Positions 39,921 through 49,250 of a stretch of DNA of 64,000 nt are shown piece by piece; position 1 is the first letter of the stretch, and every line of letters begins with the position of its first letter. The notes below the pieces were generated by a model, which was not told the DNA's origin, made no database searches, and was given only the letters and a program-made list of their open reading frames with translations. The position numbers and the translations under genes are program-made. The DNA comes from an uncultured Thermoanaerobaculia bacterium (lineage in GTDB: Bacteria; Acidobacteriota; Thermoanaerobaculia; Multivoradales; JAGPDF01): NCBI GenBank assembly GCA_964481735.1, contig CAYZWR010000001.1:29300-93299 (forward strand), in the 5' to 3' direction.

Positions 39921-41528
39921 TCAGCGGGTCGGATCGATCAACGACAGACGGCGCGGGTCGAGGTCGAGCTGGTCGAGCAGCGCTGCGCCGAAGCGCTCGC
40001 CGTAACGTCCCGGAAAGTAGGCCGCCGAGAGCGCCCGCTCCTGCGGCGCGCCGTCCGGCAGGAGCGCGTCGCGAAGCTGCGCGAAGCGGCGGCCGACCAG
40101 CTCGTCGCGCCGTCCGGCCGCCGCTGCCACCTTCGAAGCGAAAGCCTCGAGCGCGCGCTCGATCGTCTCGCGGGTCTTCTCGAGCGGTCTCTCGAGCGTC
40201 GGGTCGAGGGCCTGCGCGGGCTCGGCCAGGCTGGCCACCTCGCCCAGGATGCGCTCGCGCACCGGAGCGACGAAGCCGCCGCCGGAGCGCTCGGCCAGCC
40301 GACGCTCGGCGAGGGCGGCGTCGGCGAGGAGCTCGTCCAGGGTGAGCCCCAGCTCCGCCAAGTGCTCCGCCTGCCGGGGGTCGAGCACGAGGGCGCGGGG
40401 CCGGAGCGCGACCGCGGGCCGCGCTGCGTCGAGCAGGGCGTAAGCCGGCGCCGCCTGGGGGAGGTAGGCCATCTCGCCCGGGCCGAGCAGCAGCAGCGTC
40501 GTGCCGAGCACCGCGTCCTGAATCGCCGGCCGGGCGAGGACCCCGGGCGAGACCGCGGCCGGGTTCCCCTCGAGGGTCTCCAGGAGCTCGGCGAGCGGCA
40601 GCTCGCCGTCGAGGCCGCGCAGCGCGAAGCCCGCCTCGCCGCGCCATTCGATCCGGCGGCGCGCGCCGGCGCGCAGCAGGAAGAGCGGCGAGGCGTTGGG
40701 CTGTGGCGCGACCTGCAGCCCGTGGCCGCGCGCCAGGATCGCCGCCTCGCGCTCGGCGACGGCGCGAGCGAGCTCGGCGCGGCGCTCGACCAGCCGCACG
40801 AGGTGCGGCCGCTCGGCCTGTTTGAGCTCGGGCAGCTGGGCGTCGAGCAGCAGCGGCGCGCGTCCGCCGAAGGTCGCCGCGAGCTGCCGCGCGAAGGCCT
40901 CGCCGAAGCGCGCCTCGGGGCGCCACCAGGTGCCCAGCTTCTCCAGCCAGGCGCGGAACCACTCCGCCGGATAGAGCGCCGCGAGCTCCGCGAGCAGCAC
41001 GCCGACCTGCGGCCCCACCGTGCGCAGCCCCACCGGCGCGAGCGGCGCCGGGTCCTCGCCCAGGCCGAGGCGCCGCAGGCCGTCACTGGCGGGAAACGTC
41101 GCGGTGGCGACCTCGGCGAAGTCGTGGTCCTCGGTTGCCATCCAGAAGACCGCCACCGCCGGCCGCCCGGCCGCCTCGATCGACTCCGCCCAGCGCACCG
41201 CCGCAGCCGCCTTGACCAAGGCGAGCAACGGCCCGCCGAAGAGTCCGGTCTGTTGCCCGGTGGCCACCACCGCGGTCGCCGGATCGGCGAGCTTCGCCGC
41301 GAGCTCGGCTGCGCGCGGGTGGCCGTAGCCCGCGTTGGCGGTCGCGAGGCCCGACGCCAGCGCTTCGCGCCCCGGCGACGGAGCTCTCTCGGCGGGCTGG
41401 ACGCCAGGCGCCAGGAAGCCGAGCGGCGCGAGGAGGTCCAGGTCGCGACCTGCGACGAGCGTCCCGGCGAGGCCACCGAGCGGCGCGTCGAGGCTCTGGG
41501 CCACCGACCTGGCGCGCTCCGCGGTCAC
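39921..41528 (-). CDS. bshC: bacillithiol biosynthesis cysteine-adding enzyme BshC
   Basis: AVVATGQQTGLFGGPLLALVKAAAAV and FWMATEDHDFAE motifs characteristic of BshC (YllA); GTG 41528 after GGAGGG, GTGA overlap with upstream gene stop. Confidence 0.8.
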   Translation of the reverse strand: MTAERARSVAQSLDAPLGGLAGTLVAGRDLDLLAPLGFLAPGVQPAERAPSPGREALASGLATANAGYGHPRAAELAAKLADPATAVVATGQQTGLFGGPLLALVKAAAAVRWAESIEAAGRPAVAVFWMATEDHDFAEVATATFPASDGLRRLGLGEDPAPLAPVGLRTVGPQVGVLLAELAALYPAEWFRAWLEKLGTWWRPEARFGEAFARQLAATFGGRAPLLLDAQLPELKQAERPHLVRLVERRAELARAVAEREAAILARGHGLQVAPQPNASPLFLLRAGARRRIEWRGEAGFALRGLDGELPLAELLETLEGNPAAVSPGVLARPAIQDAVLGTTLLLLGPGEMAYLPQAAPAYALLDAARPAVALRPRALVLDPRQAEHLAELGLTLDELLADAALAERRLAERSGGGFVAPVRERILGEVASLAEPAQALDPTLERPLEKTRETIERALEAFASKVAAAAGRRDELVGRRFAQLRDALLPDGAPQERALSAAYFPGRYGERFGAALLDQLDLDPRRLSLIDPTR

Positions 41529-44500
41529 TCCGTGCCCTCCGGAGCTCCCGCGAGATCGAATCCCGGCTCGGGCAGATAGCCCTGGGCTTCGATCTTCTCC
41601 CCGCTGAACCGCGCCCATGCGGGGAGACCGGGCGTGTAGCTCTTCGTCATCTCGTGCAGCTCGAGCGCCGAGTTGGCGACGAAGAGATAGACCAGGCGTC
41701 CCTCGCCGAACGGACTGGGCAGCGCCAGGAAGAGCCCTTCGTCCGAGCGGCCGTGGCTCCTGCCCTCGAAGCGGAAGTAACCGTCGCCCAGCGTCGCGGG
41801 AGCCCGCTCGCCCCACGCCGCCACCAGCCGCGCGACCAGGGCGTTGTCGCGCGGGCCGCCGAGCAGCACGAGGTCGCGGGTCGCGAGCTGCTCCGCGCTC
41901 ACCTCGGCGTCCTTCACCACCGCAACGAGCTGCTCCGTGAAGTTGTCGGCGAGCGTGGTCTGGAAGCGCAGCGCCAGGGTGCGCTGCGCCTCGTCGGCGC
42001 GGCTGGTGCCGTGCACGATGAGGGTCTCCGGCCAACGCTCGGTGACGTGCGGCCAGGCCGCCCAGTACTGGCGCGCGACCGGGACGTCGTTGCCGGGGTC
42101 GAAGCGGACGGCGAGCGGCCTTTCCGCCACGTCGAAGGTCGCGACGCCGTGGGCGTCGTCGAGGATCATCGGGTGACGGACGCGCGCCGTCGCGGTCTCG
42201 ATCTCGAGACTGGTCGCGAGTGGATAGACGTTGCCCTCCGGCTGGTCGACCGCGACCGTCACCCGCCACGCCTTGCCCTTCCTCGCGTAGGTGACGCTCG
42301 GCGTGGGGGCCGGGAAGCCGGTGCGCTCGAGCCAGGGGGCGACGATCGGCGCCACGTCACGGCCCGCCACCTCGCGCGCGACGGCGAGGAAGTCGGCGGT
42401 CGCGACGCTCTTGCCGGCGAAGCGTTCGTGGAGCGTCCGCATCATCTTCAGGAAGCGCTCGTTGCCGAGCTGGAGCCGGAGCTGGTGGAGGGCGAAGGTC
42501 CCCTTGACCCGCGCCACCCGATACGGCGCGTAGCGGGTGTACGAGCGCTCCGCCTCGATCGCGGGGAGATCCGCCTCGCGCTCGAGCGTCGCCTGGAGGA
42601 GGACGTTCTGGCGGGCGAGCGCGTCGGCCAACGCCTTGGCGGCCTTCGCTTCGTCGTCCGGCAGGTCGTGGAGCAGCTGCCAGTACCCCGCCGTGCCGCT
42701 CGCCAGCCAGTGGTCGGCGGCGCTCGCCGGGAAGAGGGTCCCCTGCCAGAGCTGCTTCGCTTCCACCCGGCTCCGGTCCTTCACCTTCGCGAGGTCGAGC
42801 CTGGGCGACTCGGTCTGCTCCTCGAGCGGTGCGAAGCGCCCGGCGGCCTTCGCCTCGTCGAGCTTCGCCTCGAGCCAGAGCGGCGTGACCGCGGTGTAAC
42901 CCAGCGTCAGGTGCGGCTGGGCGCCCGGCAGGTCGGGCATCCGCCGCGCGCCCTTGGCGGGGAACTTCTCGCGCAGCGTGACCTTGCCATGGTGCGCCCA
43001 GAAGACCAGCCGTTCGGCCATCTCCGAGGTGGTGATCTTGCCGTCGCAGGCGTGCGCGAGGTTGATCGGCGAGGTGGCGAAGAGACGCGCCACCGACGGG
43101 ACGTCGATCCGCCCCTTCTCCCGGGCGTAGTAGGCGTTGAACGCCAGGTCGCGGTTCCAGGGGGCGAACACCGGATCGTAGGGGGCGCCGTTCGGCTGCA
43201 CCGCGTACTCGGCGCGCACGTCGGGGTCGCGCGCGTTGTTGTTGGCCCACAGGAAGCCGGGGGTGCCGAAGGGGTTCTCGCCCGAGCGCCAGAGCTTCAG
43301 CTTCTCGGTGCCGAGCAGGCAGATCGCGGTCTCGTCCGTCTTGATGTCGGCCATCGGCCAGTCGTTGGTGTAGAGGCCGTTGTTCCGCTCGGCGAGAATG
43401 GCGACCACTTCGTCGATCGTCCGGCCGTACTGCACGGCGCGGCGGATGCGGTCGCTCATCGGCGCGCCGTCCGGATTCCACGGCGTCTGCGCGACCGTCG
43501 TCTCGCCGACCACCAGGCCGGCGCCGTTCAGGTAGAAGTCGGTGCCCGAGTGGATGCCGCCGGGGAAGGTCTGGAAGACGACCCGCTCACCGCTCGTCGG
43601 CACGAGATCGAGCAGGACGTTGAAGTGGACGCCGGTGTAGCCGCTCCACATGAAGATCTGCCCGAAGACCACCCGGCCGTCGGCGGTCGCCGGTCCGGTC
43701 GCGGCGAGCGCCGAGCACTTGTGCGAGCCGTCGGGAATGGCGAGCTCCTCCTCGGCAGTGAGGAAGCTCCGTCCGGTGAGGGCGTGTGGCAGCGTGGCGA
43801 GCCCGCTCTTCAGATAGTCGACGTCGATCGAGGAGTTGAGCGTGACGACGTCGAGGAAGTCGATCGCCTTGCCCTCCCAGGTCGCCCCGGCCGCGGCCGC
43901 CCCGTCGGCGATGCCGCGCATCTCGGTCAGCAGCTCCTCGGAGAAGCCGCGCAGCATCGTGGCGTCGGCGAGCGTGCGCAGCGCGCTCCAACCCGCCGCC
44001 GGGTCCTTGCCACTCGCCACCTGGGCGAGCTTCGCCAGGTAGGCCGCGATCTCGTCGGCCAGCAGATAGCCGTGCTGGTAGCCACGGGCGTAGGGCTCGC
44101 CCTCGACGTGCAGCAGGATCCAGCCCCCCTGCTCGGTGCGGAAGCCGCGGTCGGCCCAACGCACGCTCTCGAGCGGCACGAAGTCGGCGACGTCGGTGAC
44201 CTCCTCGAGCTCGAGATCGTCGAACCAGGCGGTGCCGCGCGCCGTGCCGTTCCAGCCCAGCGCGACGCGCACCCGATCCTCGGCGCGGGTGGCGACGAAG
44301 GGCATCTCGACCGCCGTCCAGTCGCGCGTCGCGCCGACCGCCGGCGAGTGGTTGGTGAAGGGAAAGGAGAGCATCGAGAGGGTGGCCGGAACGGCCGTGG
44401 GATAGCGCGCCTGTGGATCGGAGAGCGCGCCTTCGGTGCGGATCCAGGCGCGCAGACGATAGACGTGGCCGACTTCCAGCCGCACCGGCGGCGAGAGCAG

Positions 44501-44764
44501 GGCGAGCGAGGCGTCCTGCGGGTTCTCCAGCCGGAGGCTGGCGCTGCCGCCATGGGCGAGCGCGGCATCGCGCGTCGCGCGGGCCGCCCCCTCCGGCGTC
44601 GCGCTCTCGATCGTCCAACCCGCCGGCAGCTCTCCCGGCGCCGCCGCCTCGAAGCCGCCGTTCGGCACCTCGAGCGCGGTTGCCGCGGGCGCGACCGCCG
44701 CCAGCCCAAGCCACGCCGCCAGCCACCCGCTCCCCACCATTCCGCGTCGCGCTCCATCCACCAT
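41525..44764 (-). CDS. large secreted multidomain protein (CBM-like N-domain, Ntn-hydrolase-like Cys domain, helical C-terminal region)
   Basis: ATG 44764 after GAGGAG; signal peptide MVDGARRGMVGSGWLAAWLGLAAVAPAATA; 1079 aa; candidate nucleophile in SHKCSALAATG. Confidence 0.65.
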   Translation of the reverse strand: MVDGARRGMVGSGWLAAWLGLAAVAPAATALEVPNGGFEAAAPGELPAGWTIESATPEGAARATRDAALAHGGSASLRLENPQDASLALLSPPVRLEVGHVYRLRAWIRTEGALSDPQARYPTAVPATLSMLSFPFTNHSPAVGATRDWTAVEMPFVATRAEDRVRVALGWNGTARGTAWFDDLELEEVTDVADFVPLESVRWADRGFRTEQGGWILLHVEGEPYARGYQHGYLLADEIAAYLAKLAQVASGKDPAAGWSALRTLADATMLRGFSEELLTEMRGIADGAAAAGATWEGKAIDFLDVVTLNSSIDVDYLKSGLATLPHALTGRSFLTAEEELAIPDGSHKCSALAATGPATADGRVVFGQIFMWSGYTGVHFNVLLDLVPTSGERVVFQTFPGGIHSGTDFYLNGAGLVVGETTVAQTPWNPDGAPMSDRIRRAVQYGRTIDEVVAILAERNNGLYTNDWPMADIKTDETAICLLGTEKLKLWRSGENPFGTPGFLWANNNARDPDVRAEYAVQPNGAPYDPVFAPWNRDLAFNAYYAREKGRIDVPSVARLFATSPINLAHACDGKITTSEMAERLVFWAHHGKVTLREKFPAKGARRMPDLPGAQPHLTLGYTAVTPLWLEAKLDEAKAAGRFAPLEEQTESPRLDLAKVKDRSRVEAKQLWQGTLFPASAADHWLASGTAGYWQLLHDLPDDEAKAAKALADALARQNVLLQATLEREADLPAIEAERSYTRYAPYRVARVKGTFALHQLRLQLGNERFLKMMRTLHERFAGKSVATADFLAVAREVAGRDVAPIVAPWLERTGFPAPTPSVTYARKGKAWRVTVAVDQPEGNVYPLATSLEIETATARVRHPMILDDAHGVATFDVAERPLAVRFDPGNDVPVARQYWAAWPHVTERWPETLIVHGTSRADEAQRTLALRFQTTLADNFTEQLVAVVKDAEVSAEQLATRDLVLLGGPRDNALVARLVAAWGERAPATLGDGYFRFEGRSHGRSDEGLFLALPSPFGEGRLVYLFVANSALELHEMTKSYTPGLPAWARFSGEKIEAQGYLPEPGFDLAGAPEGTE

Positions 44765-44857
44765 CGCCAGTCTCCTCGCTCCCCTGCCGGGCGATGGTAT
44801 CAACCGATCTCGTAGGATTCGCCCGCCGGCGCAAGAAACGCCGGGGGAGAACCGCTC

Positions 44858-45607
44858 ATGGAATGGCTGGCCGACCCACAGGTCTGGATCGCGTTCGCGA
44901 CCCTGCTGCTGCTCGAAGTGGTCCTGGGCATCGACAACATCGTCTTCATCTCGATCCTGGCCGGGAAGCTCCCGGCCGCCGAGCAGGCGCGAGCCCGCAC
45001 CACCGGCCTCGCCCTCGCCATGGTGATGCGCGTCCTGCTGCTCCTCTCGATCGCCTGGATGGCGCGCCTGACCGCGCCCCTCTTCGCGGTGGTCGACTAC
45101 GAGATCTCGGGACGCGACCTGATCCTGATCGCGGGCGGGCTCTTCCTGCTCGCCAAGTCGACTTTCGAGATCCACGACAAGCTGGAAGGGGAGGAGGGGG
45201 GCCAGTCGGCGCGCGTCGCCGCCTCGTTCTCCGCGGTCATCGTGCAGATCCTGCTGCTCGACATCGTCTTCTCGCTCGACAGCGTCATCACCGCGGTCGG
45301 CATGACCGACAAGATCCCGATCATGGTGGCGGCGGTCGTCGTCGCGGTGATCCTCATGATGTTCTTCGCCGGTCCCATCTCGCGCTTCGTCGAGCAGCAC
45401 CCGACGGTGAAGATGCTCGCCCTCTCGTTCCTCCTGCTGATCGGCGTGACCCTGGTGGCCGAGGGGCTCGAGTTCCACATCCCCCGGGGTTACGTCTACT
45501 TCGCGATGGCCTTCTCGCTCGGGGTCGAGCTCTTGAACCTGCGGCTGCGCCGCAAGCCCGCGCCGGTCCACTTGCGAGCCCGCTACGCGGAGGAGGAGAA
45601 GCGCTGA
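44858..45607 (+). CDS. TerC-family integral membrane protein
   Basis: LGIDNIVFISILAGKLP and SLDSVITAVGMTD TerC signature segments. Confidence 0.85.
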   Translation: MEWLADPQVWIAFATLLLLEVVLGIDNIVFISILAGKLPAAEQARARTTGLALAMVMRVLLLLSIAWMARLTAPLFAVVDYEISGRDLILIAGGLFLLAKSTFEIHDKLEGEEGGQSARVAASFSAVIVQILLLDIVFSLDSVITAVGMTDKIPIMVAAVVVAVILMMFFAGPISRFVEQHPTVKMLALSFLLLIGVTLVAEGLEFHIPRGYVYFAMAFSLGVELLNLRLRRKPAPVHLRARYAEEEKR

Positions 45608-45657
45608 CGCCGCGGGCGCTCCGGGGAAGCGGCGCACCCGTTAGAATGCGAGGTTCG

Positions 45658-46641
45658 ATGTTCCGCCTCGGCTCCGTCCCGGTCGATCCCCCGCTCGTCC
45701 TCGCCCCCATGGCGGGGGTGACCGACCGCGACTTCCGCCTGATCGTCCGGCGGATCGGCGGCGTGGGCCTGGTGACCATGGAGTTCATCGCCTCGAAGGC
45801 GCTGGTGCGGGGAATCCGCCGCACGCTCGACCTGATGAGCTACGCCCCCGAGGAGCGTCCGATCTCGATCCAGATCTACGGTTCCGACCCCGCCACCATG
45901 GCCGAGGCGGCGCGCCGGGTCGAGGAGGTGGGCGCCGACGTCTGCGACATCAACATGGGCTGCCCGGCCAACAAGGTGCTCAAGGGTTGCTCGGGCTGCG
46001 CCCTGATGGGTGACTTGCCGCTCGCCGAGCGGATCGTCTCGACGGTGCGCCAGGCGATCTCGATCCCGCTCACCGTCAAGTTCCGCCTCGGGCTCGACGC
46101 CGATCGGCGGAACTACCTCGAGCTGGGCAGGATCTGCGAGGCGAACGGCGTGCAGGCGGTGGCGCTCCATGCCCGCACCGCGCGCCAGATGTTCTCGGGC
46201 GACGCCAAGGCGCAATGGCCGGAGATCGCGCGCCTGAAGGAGACGCTGGCGATCCCGGTGATCGGCAACGGCGACGTGCGCGAAGCGGCCGACGCCGTCG
46301 CGATGCTCCGTGCGACCGGTTGCGACGGGGTGATGATCGGCCGCGCCGCGACCAAGAACCCCTGGATCTTCCGCCAGACGGCCGACCTGCTCGACGGACG
46401 GGCGCCGGAGGAGGCGACGCTCACGGCGCGCCGCGACCTCATTCTCGGGCATCTGCGGCTGGTCGCCGAGCGCGAGGAGTCGAAGTGGGCGCTGCACAAG
46501 CTGCGCAAGTTCACCGGCTGGTACACCCACGGCATCCCGCACGGCCGCGAGCTCCGGCAGCGCATCAACGAGCTCGCCGACGTTGCCTCCTTCCTCGACG
46601 CGGTCGAGGACTTCTTCGACACCCTGGAAGCTGCGGCGTGA
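45658..46641 (+). CDS. dus: tRNA-dihydrouridine synthase
   Basis: LAPMAGVTD, DINMGCP, catalytic Cys region, TIM-barrel Dus layout. Confidence 0.9.
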   Translation: MFRLGSVPVDPPLVLAPMAGVTDRDFRLIVRRIGGVGLVTMEFIASKALVRGIRRTLDLMSYAPEERPISIQIYGSDPATMAEAARRVEEVGADVCDINMGCPANKVLKGCSGCALMGDLPLAERIVSTVRQAISIPLTVKFRLGLDADRRNYLELGRICEANGVQAVALHARTARQMFSGDAKAQWPEIARLKETLAIPVIGNGDVREAADAVAMLRATGCDGVMIGRAATKNPWIFRQTADLLDGRAPEEATLTARRDLILGHLRLVAEREESKWALHKLRKFTGWYTHGIPHGRELRQRINELADVASFLDAVEDFFDTLEAAA

Positions 46642-47090
46642 ACCGTCACCAGGTGACGGTCGCCCTCCCGCCCGACGAGGCCGCGGCGGCGCTCGCCCAC
46701 GCGGCCGCGGAGTGGGGCGCCGAGTGGGAGAGCGACGAGCGCGGCGGGCGTCTCGTCCTGCCGGTGGTCTTCGGGCTGCGCCGCGGGGTGCTCGTGGGGC
46801 GGGTCGAGATCGCCCGCGACGGCGGCAAGTCCCGCCTCACCTGGCAGACCGAGGAGAGTCACCTCGAGGTGCAGCGCGCCGCGGTGGGCGTGCTCGCCGG
46901 CGCGGCCCTGGTCCTCGTTCCGGCCCTGGCCTGGCCCTTCCACCCGCCGCTCATGGCGCTCCTGCCCTTCGCCGCCGTGGTGGGTCTCCTGGCCTATTGG
47001 CTGGTCCTCTCGCGGCTGCGTACCAGCGGACCAGAGGAGTTCTTCGCGACCCTCCAGCCCGCGGGGACGGGAATGCCGCCACCCGGGTGA
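46638..47090 (+). CDS. hypothetical protein with C-terminal TM helices
   Basis: GTG 46638 overlaps dus stop (GTGA); 150 aa. Confidence 0.4.
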   Translation: MNRHQVTVALPPDEAAAALAHAAAEWGAEWESDERGGRLVLPVVFGLRRGVLVGRVEIARDGGKSRLTWQTEESHLEVQRAAVGVLAGAALVLVPALAWPFHPPLMALLPFAAVVGLLAYWLVLSRLRTSGPEEFFATLQPAGTGMPPPG

Positions 47091-47127
47091 TATGTTCTCC
47101 CGTCTGCAGGGTGGCTCTTTCTCAACT

Positions 47128-47479
47128 GGGGGCGTACCGGGTTCGACGGGGATCAGTGCGGTTCGGGAGCGGCGTGTCGGGCTTAACCACCCGTAAAATC
47201 GGCACTTATACCTGCCAACGACAACCTCGCACTCGCGGCTTAATTGACCGCGACGTCTCGTAGATTGCCCGCTCCACGGCGGCCTACGAGGCGACGCTAA
47301 TGTGGAGTGAACGCCGCGGTTGGCACCGTACCGCGGCGGGATCGTCAAAACGATGCTGGCGCCGGCGTCGGAGGCCTTCTTCCAGAACGCCGGGGCGAGA
47401 CTCCAAACGAAGGCTACGCACGTAGAAGCTTCCGGGACGCGATCTTCGGACGTGGGTTCAATTCCCACCGCCTCCACCA
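47128..47479 (+). ncRNA. ssrA: tmRNA (ssrA), tag peptide (A)ANDNLALAA
   Basis: 5' GGGGGCGUACCGGGUUCGACGGG, tag ORF GCC AAC GAC AAC CTC GCA CTC GCG GCT TAA at 47214-47243, 3' GGACGUGGGUUCAAUUCCCACCGCCUCCACCA. Confidence 0.9.
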
Positions 47480-47744
47480 TGTTTCACCTCACTTCACCAG
47501 CCACGGTGGGCCTTGCCTCTTCTTCTCATCCACCCAGCTGCCAAGAAGAGGGCTCTTCCCACTGCCTCAACCTCACCGAGGCGCTCGAAGGTCCGAGCGC
47601 CAGTGGTTGCGTAATGGTCCGTGAAGTGCACAACATCTTGTGCTAACCTCGTGACATTCTGAGCAACGAAGCAGGCTTCCCGTCGACTCGACGGGCGGCA
47701 GGGTGGCCGTCCGCCGAAGACCGTCTCCGGATCGCTCCGGCCCG

Positions 47745-49250
47745 ATGAGCCTGCTTCCCCCCATCCTGCTGCTCGACGACGGCGCCGACGATCGCGAGTT
47801 GGCGCGGCTCGTCCTCACCGGCGCCTTCGGCGACGTCGCGATCGAGGAGGTGACCGACGCCGCGGCGCTGGCGCGCGCCGTCTCCGGCGGCACGTTCGGC
47901 GTGGCGCTCTGCGAGCACGAGCTCTCCTGGATCCGCTCGCGCGATCTCCTGCGCCTGCTCCACGACCTGCGCCCCGACTGCCCGGTGATCGTGCTCACCG
48001 CGGCGCCCATCGAGCGGGTGGCGAGCGAGCTCCTCCATCTGCTGCCCGACGCCGTGCTGCCGAAGACGGCGACGGGCTACGCGGGCCTGCCGCGCGCGCT
48101 CCGCGCGGCGTTGCTCGCGGCGCGACGGCGCGCCGCCAGCGAAGCCTCCGAGGCCCCGGCGCGGCGCCTGCTCGACGCCCTGCCGGTGGGGATCTTCGTG
48201 GCGAGCGACGACGGCACCCTGCTCGACGCCAACCCGGCGCTCGCCCGGCTGCTCGGCTTCGCAGCCGCCGCCGACTGCGTGCACCGCTCGCTCGAGGGTC
48301 TCTTCGCCTCGCCCAGCGAAGGAGAAGCCTGGCGCACCCGTCTGCTCGCCGGCGAGGGAACCCTGACGACGGAGACCCACCTCCGGCGCCCCGACGGCGG
48401 CGGGGTCGCCGTCCGCATCTCGGCCTGGCGCAGCGGCGGCGAGCCCGGTGGGGCCCTCCGCTTGCAGGGGATGGTCGCGGAGCGCGCCGCGGGTGCCGAC
48501 CCCGGGTCGGCCTCGGCCGAGCGGAGCGCCGCCCTGGAGCGCTCGAACGGCGAGCTCCAGGAGATGGTCTACGCCGTCTCGCACGACCTGCGACAGCCGA
48601 TCACCCAGGTCGTCCGCACCCTCGAGCTGCTCGAGAAGTCGAACGGCGCCAGGCTCGCGGCCGAAGGGCGCGAGCTGCTCGGCCAGGCGCAGCAGAGCAG
48701 CCGCCGGCTCGACGGCATGGTCGAGGCGGTGCTCGGCTGCGCGCGCATCGAGAGCCGCGGCCGGAGCTTCCGGCCGGTCGACCTCGCGCCGCTCTTCGCG
48801 CGGGTCGTCGAGCGGCTGGAGCCCGAGCGGGCCGCGGCGGGGGCCGAGATCTCCAGCGATCCGCTGCCGACCCTCCCCGGCGACGAAGCTCAGCTCGAGC
48901 AGCTGCTCCAGAACCTGCTCGACAACGCGCTCAAGTTCCGCGCTCCGGCGGCCGAGCGCGCGCCGCGCATCCACCTCGCCGCGCGCGACGAGGGCGAGAC
49001 CTGGCACCTCGCGCTGCGCGACAACGGAATCGGCATCGCGCCGCAGGACAGCGAGCGCATCTTCGCGATCTTCCAGCGCCTGCACACCGCCGACGAGATT
49101 CCCGGCAGCGGCATCGGCCTCGCCATCTGTCGCCGCATCGTCGCCCGGCACGGCGGGAGGATCTGGGTCGAGTCCCGCCCGGACGAAGGCTCGACGTTCC
49201 ACTTCACGCTCGCCAAGCGCCCGAGGGGAGAGGGGACTGACCATGGGTGA
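47745..49250 (+). CDS. sensor histidine kinase with N-terminal receiver-like and PAS domains
   Basis: H-box VSHDLRQPI, N-box LLDNALKF, G-boxes DNGIGI / GSGIGL; ATG 47745. Confidence 0.8.
   Translation: MSLLPPILLLDDGADDRELARLVLTGAFGDVAIEEVTDAAALARAVSGGTFGVALCEHELSWIRSRDLLRLLHDLRPDCPVIVLTAAPIERVASELLHLLPDAVLPKTATGYAGLPRALRAALLAARRRAASEASEAPARRLLDALPVGIFVASDDGTLLDANPALARLLGFAAAADCVHRSLEGLFASPSEGEAWRTRLLAGEGTLTTETHLRRPDGGGVAVRISAWRSGGEPGGALRLQGMVAERAAGADPGSASAERSAALERSNGELQEMVYAVSHDLRQPITQVVRTLELLEKSNGARLAAEGRELLGQAQQSSRRLDGMVEAVLGCARIESRGRSFRPVDLAPLFARVVERLEPERAAAGAEISSDPLPTLPGDEAQLEQLLQNLLDNALKFRAPAAERAPRIHLAARDEGETWHLALRDNGIGIAPQDSERIFAIFQRLHTADEIPGSGIGLAICRRIVARHGGRIWVESRPDEGSTFHFTLAKRPRGEGTDHG

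Noticed and set aside
44765-44857. Possible yybP-ykoY (Mn) riboswitch upstream of the TerC-family gene
   Set aside because: Only 93 nt shared with a divergent promoter; GGGGGAGAA element is better explained as the ribosome-binding site; no room for the four-helix motif
47480-47700. Genomic island integrated at ssrA 3' end
   Set aside because: No integrase, no repeat of the ssrA terminus, and the next genes are ordinary high-GC chromosomal signalling genes
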